Positions 13,997 to 27,573 of a stretch of DNA of 64,000 bases are shown one piece after another. Source of the stretch: Sphagnum compactum (taxonomy: Eukaryota); the NCBI GenBank assembly GCA_965153455.1, contig OZ234494.1, positions 6,324,001 through 6,388,000 of the forward strand, written 5' to 3'. The notes under the pieces are model-generated. The model was given only the letters and a program-made list of their open reading frames with translations, was not told where the DNA came from and did not search any database. The stretch's first letter is position 1; each line of letters starts with the position of its first letter. Position numbers and translations under genes: made by a program.

Positions 13997-14312
13997 TGCA
14001 ATACCCGCATATAAGTCCTAAAACAGCCGCAGGCATTTTGCATTCATTGCAATACCCGCATATAAGTCCCATAATAGCCGCTGGTTTTTTTGGCATCTCT
14101 TACAATACCCGCATATGGGCCACAAATAGTTGCTGACATTCTTCATTCATTGCAATACCCGCATATGGGTCCATGGTATTCGCTAGGTTTTTTTAACATT
14201 CCTTGCAATACCCGCATATAGTTTCCATAATAGCCACTGGTTTTTTTGGCATCTCTTGCAATACCCACATATAGGTCCCATAATAGTTGCTAGTTTTTTT
14301 CATTCATTGCAA
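13997..14312. repeat. ~52-bp tandem array with core TGCAATACCCGCATAT, 6 copies
   Basis: Core near 13997, 14049, 14101, 14152, 14204 and 14257. Confidence 0.85.
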
Positions 14313-15675
14313 AGCTTACATTTTGTCATAAAATTGATTCAGAATAATAATTAATTTAGGTATATAAAAAGACATATTTTGGGTACCCATAGCACTTATT
14401 TGTTATTTTGAAATGACGTTACATGCGGGTATTGCATTTAGGGTTTAGGGTCTTCACATAAGGTTTGCCTCAATCACCTATGGATTATTTCAGTATGAAC
14501 TTGCATGTAGGTATTGCATCTAGGCCTTGGTCTTCATTCAAAGGCGCACCCAAACTACATATTGGGTATTTCAAAGCGACCTTACATGTGAGTATTACAT
14601 TTAAGGTTGCCCTTTCATTGTAGGTTTTACCTTATTCACCTATGGGTTATTTTGAAATGAACTTGAATATGGCTATTGCATTTAGGGTTAAGGTTTCATA
14701 TAATTTTGACCCACTATATGATTATTTTAACCAAGAATTTATTTACTATATATCAGAAAAGTATATAATAAAATTTCAATCAAACATAGGATTAATATGT
14801 GGGAGAGATCATTTTTATTATTATGTGAAACATGAAAGAAAAAGTAGAATTTTATGTGCTTTGATTTTTTTTTAACATAGTTTAAAATCTTATTAAATTA
14901 GAGACTTTATATTTATGTTTTTTGAAATCAGTATACAACTTTAAAAGGGGGGAAGAAAAAATCAACATCTTTGAAGAAATTTTAAGCTTGAACTTTTTTT
15001 TTTTTTGATCTCAATAAACTTTGTATTGCATTCAGGGTTGGGTTTTCACATAAGGTTTGTTTCTTACTTTTGTGTGATAACTCCAACCTAATTTCCCAAT
15101 CTCTTTGAAGAAAATATAGAATGAGATTGTATTGTTTCACATATGTCTAAACCCAAAAAATTTCCCCCCAATTTAATATAAAATATTTCTGATAATTAAT
15201 GTATTATCAAGAAATTTTGTCATATAATTAAATAATTAATAGACCATTATTTCAGATAATTTAGATGATTAATTATCAAGAATTAGATAATCATTTATTT
15301 ATTTGAAATAATTAACTAATCATTTGGCTTAACTTTATTTACTTGGATAATAAAAAGTTGGATCTAAAAATCAGATTGATTAATTTGATATTTGATTGAT
15401 TAACTTAAGTATATTTTTGTTTTAATAAGTTATTGAAATCACTTTTTAAAATAATTATTCCATGTTATAGATTGTAAGTTCAGCTTTTTCATGAAAAATT
15501 CATACACCAAGATAAGCTTGATCACAATTGTCATTGTATTATTTGTTCCACAAACAATACAACCTCTTTTCAAATTCATGAAACAAAGTAAGAATCATGG
15601 AACTCCTAATCAACAACCCCAGCCTCTATACACACCTTTGTTAACATATTAATTTGAAATTAACTAATTATTTTG

Positions 15676-16110
15676 GAGTGACCCAAAATGTAGGTATTAC
15701 ATTTAGGGTAGGATCTTCATTTAAAGAAGGCTTAAACCTCACATGCGTATTTTTGGTGTGACCCAAAATGCAAGTATTGCATTTAGGGTAAGATCTTCGT
15801 ATAAAGAATGCTTAAACCCCACATGCGTACTTTCGAAATGGCCCAAAATGCAGGTATTGCATTTAGGGTAGGATCTTCGTATAAAGATGCTTAAACCTCA
15901 CATGCGTACTTTCGAAATGGCCAGAAATGCAGGTATTACATTTAGGGTAGGATCTTTGTATAAAGATTGCTTAAACCCCACATGCGTATTTTCGAAATGG
16001 CCCAAAATGCAGGTATTGCATTTAGGGTAGGATCTTCATATAAAGAAACTTAAACCTTACATGCGTCTTTTCAGAGTGGCCCAAATTGCAGGTATTGCAT
16101 TTAGGGTTGG
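15676..16110. repeat. 79-bp minisatellite array 1, about 5.5 copies
   Basis: Unit gcccaaaatgcaggtattgcatttagggtaggatcttcgtataaagatgcttaaaccccacatgcgtactttcgaaatg, period 79-81. Confidence 0.95.
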
Positions 16111-17236
16111 GTTATTTCAAAGTGATTTTGCATGTGCATATTGTGTTTAGGGCTAAGTCTTCACTTAAAAGTATCCAAACCATTTAGATGGGTTTTTTTG
16201 AAACGTGGGTATTACATTTAAGCTTTGTTTTTCATTTCAACTTGAAATACCCAAACGATACTTACCTCTACCAACTGGAATTTTGGGGTTTCATTGCAAT
16301 ACCTACACCCATACTTACCTTTACCAACTAGAATTTTGGGGTATTACTTGCACTTGTATTTACTTTTACCAACTGGGATTTTGGGGCCTAATTATAATAC
16401 CTGCATTTAACACTAATATTATCATTATCCTTGTGTTTTTGCATTTCACATTTTTTGTGTTTATTACTTGAAAACAATAATAAGCTTTGTGCCATATTAG
16501 ACTTCATGTGTGTGTTGAATACATGATGTTCAAAGAATTTGGGCTATGGTTTCCTCCATACAAAATTGATTTTAAAACAAAAAATTTAGTGCCAATGGTA
16601 ACAATCTTGATTAGTAATTGAGACATTTATTAAAGTAAAATATTATTTTTGAAATATATGAACCAAATTCCTATACATTAAATCATAAAGCATAACCCTA
16701 CAAATCCAAATGATATTTTGCCATAAGCCTTATTACAACCCTAACAAAAAAAAGATTTAGTGATATATGCCCTAAACCAAAAAAAATATACAAACTATAC
16801 AAATCATAAAATGCAAGATAAACAAATTTAAAAGAACATAGGAAAAAATTTAGAAACCAAAATTCAAAGGTTTTAAATTATAAATATTTATTAACTGAAA
16901 GAAAATACATTAATCTTTAAAAATAATCAAATAAATTTCGTACAAAACCAAAAAAGAAGATATGTCTTTTACCTTTGTGTGATTTTTCCAACCTAATTTT
17001 TCTACTCTTTTTGAAGAAGGTATAAAATGCAATTGTATTACTTCACATATGTGTAAACCCTAAAAATTTCCCCCCAAATTTAGCCTACTTTAAATTAATT
17101 ACTATACATTTATGAAAAACTTATCAATTAATTTATGTGTTTCAACCCTAAACCTAATGGTTAAGTTAGTAGGGTATGTAATTAATAGAGTAGCTAGGTT
17201 AGTAGGGTAGGTGGTTAGTATAGTAGCTTGGTTAGT

Positions 17237-17670
17237 GGTGTGACCCAAAATGCAAATATTGCATTTAGGGTAGGATCTTCGTATAAAGATGCTTGAACCC
17301 CACATGCGTACTTTCGAAATGGCCCAAAATGCAGGTATTGCATTTATGGTAGGATCTTCGTATAAAGATGCTTGAACCCCACATGCGTTCATTCGAAATG
17401 GCCCAAAATGCAGGTATTGCATTTAGGGTAGGATCTTCGTATAAAGATGCTTAAACCTCACATGTGTACTTTCGAAATGGCCCAAAATGCAGGTATTGCA
17501 TTTAGGGTAGGATCTTCGTATAAAGATGCTTAAACCCCACATGCGTACTTTCGAAATGGCCCAAAATGCAGGTATTGCATTTAGGGTAGGATCTTCGTAT
17601 AAAGAAGCTTGAACCCCACATGCGTACTTTCGAAATGGCCCAAAATGCAGGTATTGCATTTAGGGTAGGG
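17237..17670. repeat. 79-bp minisatellite array 2, about 5.5 copies
   Basis: Same unit as array 1, period 79, with near-identical copies. Confidence 0.95.
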
Positions 17671-19435
17671 TTTTTAGGGTAGGGTTAAGTTAGTAGGGTA
17701 TGTAATTAATAGGGTAGCTAGGTTAGTAAGGTAGGTGGTTAGTACAGTAGCTAGGTCAATAGGATAACTAGGTATTAGGGTAGCTGTGTCAGTAGGGGAT
17801 AATAAATAAGGTACCAAGGTTGGTGTAGTACTTATGAAGGTAGAAAAGTGAGCAGGGTAGCTATGTGTGAGGTCAGGTCCAGGGAAAAACGACCAAGAAC
17901 CCAAAAAAAAAAGTACAATGGTCAGCAGCAAAAAGAAATGGACTGTCATGAACCCCATCCGGCGCCGAATGAAAAAATGCAAGGCATCCAGTGGACAGAA
18001 CGGCCAACTGGTGCATTGGTGGCTGCTGGTTCACTCTGGCTGTGCTTCTACCTTATGGGAACAGAACTCGGCTAGCTCCACACTTAATGGATTTCAAACT
18101 ATGGGACCTTAAAGCACTGCTGTCATTTTCACAATGTACTCAGAGGGCACCTTGTAAACATGAAAGTTCCTCTGCTGAGAGGAGGATCTTTTCAGTTGTT
18201 TACAGTATCAAAGAACCATGTTAATGAATCCTGCAGCTCCCACTCTTCTCCTCCCCAGCCATGGCCACCAGAGAAAATTAATTATTCTCACATATATATT
18301 TGAATATAGTGAGCAATTCCATAACAATTTAATAATTCTTAGGTTTTATGATGTTACCTACACTAATTAAGGTCCCAGCTCCAATGTCATCAGTAAACAA
18401 GTTGCCAAAAAGAAATGTGGGTGCCTAGTAGCTAAGTTTTAACATGGTGGAAGACCAAACAACCTTGATACTTTTGTGGGATTAAGAATATATCCACCTA
18501 CAAAGAAAAGGGGAAACTAGTTGGTCCCTTGTGGGACCTGGAGTGGAGGTAGGCCTAACGCCGTCTTTTATTGACTACGTCGGTCTCTCTCTCAAGTAGT
18601 ACTGCTCCTGCAGCACTAACCTAAACGTTGTCAGCTTGGGTCACTAGAGAGAGTCGACACAGACAGAGCGGATGATGATATTACATTCTTCCTCTGCAAT
18701 ATTACCTAGTCATTACCTATTAAGAAGAGGTGAGGACTTCGAAAAATTTCACATAGCCTGTTGTTTCCAGCAACTACAAACACACTGAATGATTGCTAGT
18801 CACAGTATGAGACTTGGAAAAAAGAACAGTACTAATTTGGAACAGTTGGACTATTTACAGGATCTTAACACACTGTTGTTCTCTAACGTTGTAGACCAAG
18901 CTGCCCAGAAAACTGAATACTTCTTAGCCTACTACATGGGGGAAGGGGGGGGATAAACAAGCCAGCAGCAGCTACAAAATCACTGGCATACATAAGTCTT
19001 CTTCAGCACCTGGACGCTTTCTGCAATTGATGTCCACAGACATGTCTCTGATGGATTCAATGATACAAATGAGATCGGAGGGGATTTTCACAAGAGCCCT
19101 GTGAATTATATGGTCTTGGTCTTGGACTTCTTGTTCAACTCTAGCTCACCTTTTTCTTTTCCCCAAAATAAATATTGCTGCTAGTGAGAACCGGCATGTA
19201 GGTTGCAATAGCCTGTCATTGTGCCCTTTATTAGTACCCCCAACATATTTATTTAAAAACAATTCCCCAATAACAGGGCAACACTAGCCTCAATACCTTG
19301 ATTATTTTTATAAAAAAATTGTGGACTCTGAGAAACTTTTTCAAATTCCCATCTAGCTATTAAGTAGTTTCAATGATATTCCATCAGCCAACAAGGGCAC
19401 AGTGACTTGAAAGCCTTTGGGTGAACCCAAGCTAG

Positions 19436-19756
19436 TCCATTTAAATTATTTTTAAACATTACAAATATCCCATGCTGAGACTAAATCAGGGTGTCTGAGT
19501 TCAGATTTAACATTTTTTGGGCTTAATATGGCCACTAAGAGGCCTCACTCAAAAAGGTCAAGGTACTAACATGGGTGCTGGTTCACCCTGGCCAACTTGC
19601 GGCACCTACACTGATGACTGGTTGGTCATCTTCAGCTTCTTGAGTGAGGCAGCTTAGTGGCCAAATTAAACCCAAGAGATGTTAGATTTGGAATCAGAGA
19701 CAATGATTTTGTCTAATCATGGGATAATTATAATATTTAAAAACAATTTAAATGAT
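19436..19756. mobile_element. Fold-back (MITE-like) inverted repeat
   Basis: The arms pair imperfectly: ggccactaagaggcctcactcaa (~19530) with ttgagtgaggcagcttagtggcc (~19640), and tttaaattatttttaaacattac...tcccatg (~19440) with catggga...tttaaaaacaatttaaa (~19718-19752). Confidence 0.7.
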
Positions 19757-20749
19757 TTTTTTATTTTGACCATGGCACCAATGTTCGTGCTCCTTCATCC
19801 AAGGCATGTATTTATAATGTTTAGAAACAATAATGTTTATAAATGTTTTTACCATAGTAGCACTGCAGGTGTTAGTTCATCCAAACCCCTGATTGAGGCC
19901 TCTTGGTGCATATATTTAACCTGCAAAATCTTAAATTTGGACTTGAGACCCCCAACCCATTAAATATTAAAACTCGGGATACTTGTAATGTTTAGAAATG
20001 ATAGAATTGAATGGTGTAATCAATCTAGAGTATCAATACCCACAATCAGATTTGGATGAGCCTTATCCAGGAAAAACATTTGGACAAAGATGTATATATA
20101 TGAGATTGTTGTTGTTCCAATAAAAGACAACGCCTACCTCTGCTAAATAAAATAATTATTCCAGATGTTTTGGAGAGAGAGGCCTCATTTTGAAGATTAA
20201 AGGTTTTACAGACTCATCTTTTCTTCCAACCGGAATTCAGAGGAAAATGTAATTAATCATGGGCCCTGCTCTCTCTTCAAGAGTAGCTAACGTTATTTGA
20301 GGAAAAATAATTTCATGACAAAACAATTGAATCGACTTTTAAGAGATATGAAAACACATCTTACTTTTGTAACATGTGCAGAACTTGAGAAAGACCCATG
20401 ATGCCACTGCTCCCTGCTGCATCATACCCATAGAGTGTACACCTTTCCATACTTGACCTGCAAATCAATACACTGCCATGACTTACCCATTGACTTCATC
20501 AGCTCCAAGAGTGGGTGTAGATAATTTCTACTAATTGACCCAAAATTTGGGCAAACATTCAGGCAGTTCTAAGGCCAAAATCACCCAATATGTACCTGCA
20601 ATTCCTGAGCAAATTCCAAAACATGATTGAAACCAATCGGCAAATGCTCCCTTACTGTTCTGATCCCCCTCTTCAGCACGTTTTGGGATACCCAGGGTTT
20701 AGGTGAGGTAGCAAAAGCATACATAGAGGTGCTCAATACCACTATCCTA

Positions 20750-21573
20750 AAGGCATATTTGTGAGGAATTCCAGGATGCATGTCAAAAAGCAGTGACAAA
20801 TTTTGAATGAAAGGTTCCACATCCATAGTTGAAAAAGGCCTTTCACCAATATTAGTTTTTGCAAGTATTTCTTCTACAATTGAAGAAGATAAAACACATA
20901 ATCCATGAGTTGGATTTGGTTTTTCAATATTGGTGATGTATTTTTGTATAAGTGGATTTGAAGACAAATTTTGGTGCAAAAGATCTTTGAGGGCCAAATT
21001 AACATCTTTTGATGTACTAGTTGGTTGAAACTTGAAATTCCAATAGACTATAGGATTGTCAAGTAACCCAGATGGTTGTATTTGGCCATGCATGAATCCA
21101 TAATTTCGTTGTTCAATTTTCATTGATATATCAATAAGTGAAAGAAGTTGAATATCCAACAGATTGTTAGCAAGGATTTGTTTCATATAATCCATGCTTT
21201 GAAATACAACATATTTGATCCGTTCTGGTTGTTCATAAAATTTAAAACATGCATTACATATATACACATGCAAACCATCACTAGTGGTTGTGTATGTTGA
21301 CATAATAATGTTAGAACAACCATACGATGTTGCACCAGCAACAATTCCAAATGTATTTGGAACAGCACTAAAATGTGTTCCTTGAAGGTGTAATTTTGTG
21401 AATCCACAAAATCCACAACATCTCATATCCTTGATGAATGAAGATGTACATTTATTCCAATTTGAATGCAATGCTCCAATTTCAATCCATGACCTATCAA
21501 AAGGTTTGAACACCTTTTGTCGTTTACTTATATAGTTTTCTCGTTGACGTTTTCGTTTTTCTTTTAATTTCAT
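20750..21573 (-). mobile_element. Probable N-terminal fragment of a Helitron-like RepHel protein
   Basis: About 275 open codons in very AT-rich DNA. Two CxxC pairs (CGFC, CNAC), then L..IQLLSLI...M.I.....GQ and a LKDLL...NPLIQKY segment that resembles the DUF6570-like region before Rep in Helitron2-type proteins. The frame runs into unrelated sequence near 20750. Confidence 0.5.
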
Positions 21574-21959
21574 TGTTGATTTATGAAAATGACTTGGATC
21601 ACATTATATATGATGATACCACCAACTGCACAATCCAAATAAATCACATGTTAGATTATAGTCCTAAAATTATTTAAAGCAAATAATAAAACAATGTGAA
21701 AGTAAAATTGTTTTGCAGTTGTGCATACTTATATTTTATGAATAATCATAATCCATAATCATTATAATATCCAGATACCATACAAGTGGTTTTTAAATTA
21801 TATGTATAGTTATAGGTATATAATTATTTGGAAAATATTTTAATTAATTCATATTAAATATAATTATTTATTTTTCTTGAATTAAAATTTACTTACTAAA
21901 AAATTTCATTTAAGAAGTTTTTATGAAATATTACATATAACATTCATTATAAATCATTC

Positions 21960-24900
21960 GATTTTTTTACTAGTATCAATTGCCACACATGCCTTAATTG
22001 CAATTATAATTATTATCCATAACACCTTTTTCCAAAAAATAAAAAATTCATCAAAGACAAAATATATGTTTTGCATGTTATCGTTTAATATAATTTCTTT
22101 CAATTTTTTTTGGTGTGATATATAATCCTTTGAAAATTATAAATTTTTTTTGAAATTAATTCCAAATTCTTTACTTCACATTTGAAATTGTTTTAAATTT
22201 ATTTTTAAAAACTCATTCAATTGTTTTATATTTTTATCGAAATATGCATACATCATGATTACTAAACTCATTCAATTGTTTTATATTTTTATCGAAATAT
22301 GCATACATCATGATTACTAAACCAAAATACAACATTGGAATTATTTTATTAATTATCAATTTTTATTTAAGATGTGAAATTATTTGAAAATTACACTCAA
22401 ATATTCTATTTTACTATTGATGTTTATGTTTCACTTGCATATTCAATTTCGTAAGATTATTGTGATTTTAAAAAAAGATTCAATGTTATAAGATTTTAAG
22501 AATCTTATTTTCAAATATCAATTGTATTTTACTATTTTCAACCTTTATTTTTTTGGTATATTAAAATAAATTAATTAATATCAATTACCACATGACATAC
22601 TTTAATATAGTGCAACTATAATGATTTTCCATAACACATTTTCCCTAATACTTTCAAACTTCATTAAAGCCTAAATGTATATTTTGCATGTATTCATTCA
22701 ATATAATCATTTTCATGTTTTTGTTTAGGGTTTAGGGTATGATATTTAATGTTTTGATAATCATAGATTGTTTTTCGGTCATTTAGTTACAAAATTTTTA
22801 TTTCACATTTGGAAATGTTTAAAATTCATGTCCATAGTAAAACAATCATTCCATGGTTTTATAATGTTATTAAACCAACAAAAAATATTACATCATTCTA
22901 TCAACTATTAGTTAATTTTTTTAAATTTGCGAAATTATTTAAAAATTACATAACCTTTTATTGTGGTCATTAATTTCCATCATTTTTGGAAAAGATAAAT
23001 TCAATTATCATCTTTTGTAAATTTCATGTGTAAGGTTTCAAAATATTCACATTGAGTGGAAAGCAGATTCGTGATATAGATCATGTAAATTGGACATAAT
23101 GCATATTAATTTCAATGTTACATTTTTGAATTTTCAAACTTACACGTTTAATTTGAAAATATATATATATAAATAAACTTTATGTTGTTTGATCAATTGA
23201 TTTTATGTTCAAAGTTTAAACACATGTGCAACAATTTGAAAATAGATGTAAACCTTAAATAATAACATATATTGAAAATGAAAACATCATAAATTGTACA
23301 ATACAAATTCCAAGTACATAAGTGAAATTTTTGTTCATGTAATTGAATAAATAGCATTATAAAACAATTATTTTCCCAAAAAATTACTAATAATATTTTA
23401 ATATATTTAAAGACGAAATTATTCAAAAATCACATTCGAATATTTTAATTAACTATTCACGTTTATGTTTTGCTTGCATATTCAATTTTATAGATTTTTT
23501 TTACTTTTATAAAAAAAATCAACATTATCGAAAATTTTAAAAACTTTATTTTCAAATGCCAATTGTAATTTTACTATTTTTGGGGGGGTATTTATTAATA
23601 TATTAATTAGTATCAATTATCACATGACGTTCTTTAATATATTACAATCATAATGATTTTCCTTAACACCTTTTGTTATATAACTTCAAACTTCATCAAT
23701 ACCTAAATATATATTTTGCATGTATTCATTAAATATAATTATTTTCATGTTTTTGTGTTATGATATTTAATGTTTTGAAAATCATAGATTATTTTTTGGT
23801 CATTAGTTATAAATTCTTTACTTTATATTTGAAAATGTTTAAAATTCATGTCCATAATAAAACAAACATTCCATTAATTTATATTGTTATTCAAATTATG
23901 CACATTTCAAGATTATTAAACCAACATAAATTTTTTGAATCATTTTATTATTGGTTAAGTTTTTTAAATGTGTGATATTATTTGAAAATTACATAGCCTT
24001 ATAATGTGGTCATTAATTTTTATCACTTTTTCAAAAAGATAAATTCAGTTATCATTTATAAACTTCATTTGCAAGGTTTAAAATATTAAAATTCATTTTG
24101 AGTTTATTACATGAAAATTATATCATATCGATTTGTTTTCATACATTATTTATGTAGTATGATTTAAAAACTTTTCTTTCGATTTACAAAAGTGATTATT
24201 TATTTAAAATATCTTATGTAATAGGTGAAATGAATGTATCATTTATTATAACTAATAATAAATGACCATTTATCACATTTGTACAAATTAAATTATAAGG
24301 CAGAAATCAAAGGAGGAATTGTTTTACTATTTGGAATATATTGGGACATTTTAATCTGAATAAATGCAGACACAACATACTTCTATGTACTAAACATATA
24401 TTGTTTGAGTTAATATGAACTTAAATTAGTCATTTAATAAGCATTGAATCTATCAGTTTTTTTTGTTGTAACTAAAAAATTTCCAATATTGTCATTTAGG
24501 AACATGTATGCCATTTGGCAAAAATTTTGATTGTTATGTATTGTTCTAGTTAATATGCTTGCATTTTGATATTTCAAAACATACAAATGTAGAAGACCTT
24601 GAATTGGATAACTATTTATTTAATTATTAAATGTCAAGATCCACACATTTATACCCAATTGTAGATATCTAATTGATATTTTAATGTAATTTATATTAGA
24701 TTTTTTGAATATTGAAGTGATAGACTTAACTTTTAAAAATGACTTATAATATTTGTGCATATTTATTTAAAAATATATGGTATTACATGTATTTGTTATA
24801 TTTGCATAAATATATATTTTTTAAATTGCCAAAAGAATAGAATTCAACTTGGGATTTGAACCCATAAAAAATGCACCCAATTTGCACATCAAGTTGAAAG

Positions 24901-25780
24901 AAGATTGGTGATACCAATCATATGAATTGCACATAGTGCATATTAGTTTAAATATTACATTCTAGTATTTTCAAACTTGCACATTTAATTTGAATATATA
25001 TATATATATCAATCAATTTTGTCATTAATTATTATGATGCATATATTTTTATTTTTATTGATATTATGTTCAAAGTTGAAACACATGTCCAACAATTTGA
25101 GACTATGTGTAAACCCTAAATAATAATTTGTTTTATATTAATAATGACGATGCCATAAATTGTACAATGCAAATTCCAAGTACATATAAAAAAAAATTGT
25201 TCATGGAATTCAATAAAAAATGTTATAATTCAAACATGCACATTCAATTTGATTTTGTCATTTTGTATTTTGATGTTTATATTTATATTTCTATTGATTT
25301 TAAGTTTAAACACATGTGCAACAATTTGAAAAAATATGTAAACCCTAAATAAAAAACTTGTATTATATTGAAAATGATGATGTCATAAATTGTACAATCA
25401 ATTTCCAAGTACATATGGAAAATTTGTGTTCACGCAATTCAATAAAAATTTATAATTGACATTTAATATGAAAACATATACACACACACACACACATTAT
25501 GATGTTTTATCAATTGATTTTGTCATATTATATTTTGATGTTTATATTTATATTTTTATTGATTTTATGTTCAAAGTTCAAACGCATGTGCTACAATTTG
25601 AAAATATATGTAAACCTTAAAAAATAACTTGTGTTATATCGAAAATGATGATGCCATAAATTGTACAATGCAAATTCCAAATACAAATTGGATAAAATTA
25701 TGTTCACACAATTCAATAAAAAAGTTATAATATTTATTATATTTTCAACAAATTATTGATAATATTTTAATATATTGGAA
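21960..25780. repeat. Very AT-rich tract built from degenerate internal duplications
   Basis: Blocks starting tatcaatt..cacatg near 21975, 22579 and 23611. Blocks containing aaacacatgtgcaacaatttgaaa near 23218, 25080, 25308 and 25580. A perfect 55-bp tandem duplication at 22209-22318. Confidence 0.8.
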
Positions 25781-27573
25781 AATGTATAATGATGACGCAT
25801 ATTAGGTTTCATCCATGTAAATTTTTCTTTCCATCAATTAAGAATTTTTATTGTATGTAATTTTGAAATTTAAATTATTTAATTACTGAAAATTGTGATA
25901 TATTTACATTATAATTTTACAAATTCTTAGATTTGGAATGTAAAATATTTTTTCAATGACAAAAATTATTATTGTTATCTATTTCACATTTTTATTCGAA
26001 ATGTTTCAAATAATAAACTTTCATCCCAAAAGTATACATATAATTTAAATCATTTTTTAATTTATTATATTCAAGTTTAAAATGTTTATGTTTAGAAATT
26101 TTTAATATGACAAATTTATTGTTGTTATTATCAATTTCAAATCTTTATTATACATATCTGAAATAATTTTTTATTATGTTCAGTTATATTCCTTGCATTT
26201 ATTCTTTGTCATTCATTGTTGCAGTATATATATTTTGATTTATGAACTTTATTTCCAAAGGTTTAATGTGAAGTTATTATTTTAGCTACAAATGTATTCA
26301 AAAATAAAATGTTCAACATAATGATATTGCAATTTCGTATAATAATTCAAGTTTCTTTCAAACGTTTTCAAAGCCAAAAATGTTTGATTTCTTTTGAATA
26401 AAACATGTAATTTTTTCTAGAAAAAACTTTTGCACGATTTTCTTTTTTGGTCCATTTTTCTTCTTTCTTTCTCAAGTTTGGTGTTATGGAAAATCTAGTA
26501 GAAATTTATTAAAAAATTGAAAATTTAGTTAAATTTTACCATAAAATAAAGCACAATGGAAAAGGAATTTTTAATGAACATCAATGAAACTTACACATGA
26601 AAAAGAAGCCCATTTATCCACCCAAGAATAACATAATTTTAAATGTGCTCCAAAAATCTTCCAAAATTCATTCTATAGTTTTCGGAATCTGTTTTTTGGT
26701 GATACCTCCCTCAAAGAGGCAATTGCCATTGCGAACAAAGGAAATGCAATCAATACTCCCATCCACTAATAAGATAATTTCAAATGTCGTCCAAAAACAT
26801 TCAAGAATTCACTCTATGGTTTCCAAAATCTATTATCAGCTGACAAGCTTTCTTTCAAGGGGCAATTATTTGGTATGTGGTTCTATCAAGTGATTATGGT
26901 TGCATAAGAATTTTGAGTGATTACCATGGCAAGGTATTAAAGGAAGTGCCTAGGTGTGGTTCCAGCAATAACCATTGCAGCTGTTCTAGTAGGTACCATC
27001 TAATTCAAAAATGCAATAATATTTAAAGATTTTCCTTCAAACTTCTTGATGGTATATTGATTGGAAAATAAGTAGACAAAATCTCATCATTGGAGTAAGC
27101 TGGATACGACTGCTATAAACTCCCAACAGATCAAAAGACTTGAATTAAATCTAGGAGTTGTTCAAAAGACTGAAATTGATTCACAAACCCACAAGATTTG
27201 ATAAATGACAACGATCACATGCTAAAAGGAAACCACTTGAAAAATTATCTAGAGAGGAGGATAGAAGACGAGACAAATGAGTGGAATTTTATCACAAGCA
27301 TCACATTCAAAAAATGAGCATATGTCTTGTGCTCATTTATAGTTTCATAAACCTTTTCGACTTTTAATATTTTTAGTAGATTCAAAACACCATAAGACAT
27401 ATAACAGTTTCTAGATGTAACACCCTGAAAAAACTTTTTGTGAATTTAAGAATATGAAGGGATTTAAACACCCTATGGCTTTTCAGTATCCATCTTTCCA
27501 ACTTCTATTTAAATGTGTATAAAAGAATGACAAACATAACAAATAACTAACCTAAATTTTTCTTTTTGAAATC

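Larger units (their letters stand above)
10793..18041. mobile_element. 7.25-kb non-autonomous TIR DNA element with 10-bp TSD (Mutator-like by TSD length)
   Basis: GTGCTTCTAC lies directly outside both ends (10783-10792 and 18042-18051). 10798-10829 is the exact reverse complement of 18005-18036 (32 bp), and the outer 5 bp differ only by transitions. No transposase ORF recognised. Confidence 0.85.

Noticed and set aside
13997-14312. CRISPR-like regularly spaced repeats
   Set aside because: The spacers are related to one another, no cas genes are present, and the context is eukaryotic. It is a tandem repeat.
18100-20750. Exon-like minus-strand fragments (similar ones at 39.2-39.9 kb and 48.8-50.1 kb)
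   Set aside because: Splice-like signals are present, but the frames are broken and I could not recognise a family. BLASTX is needed.
24843-24898. B-box-like GGGATTTGAACCC inside a 9-bp stem
   Set aside because: No cloverleaf or A-box could be built, so it is not called a tRNA or SINE.
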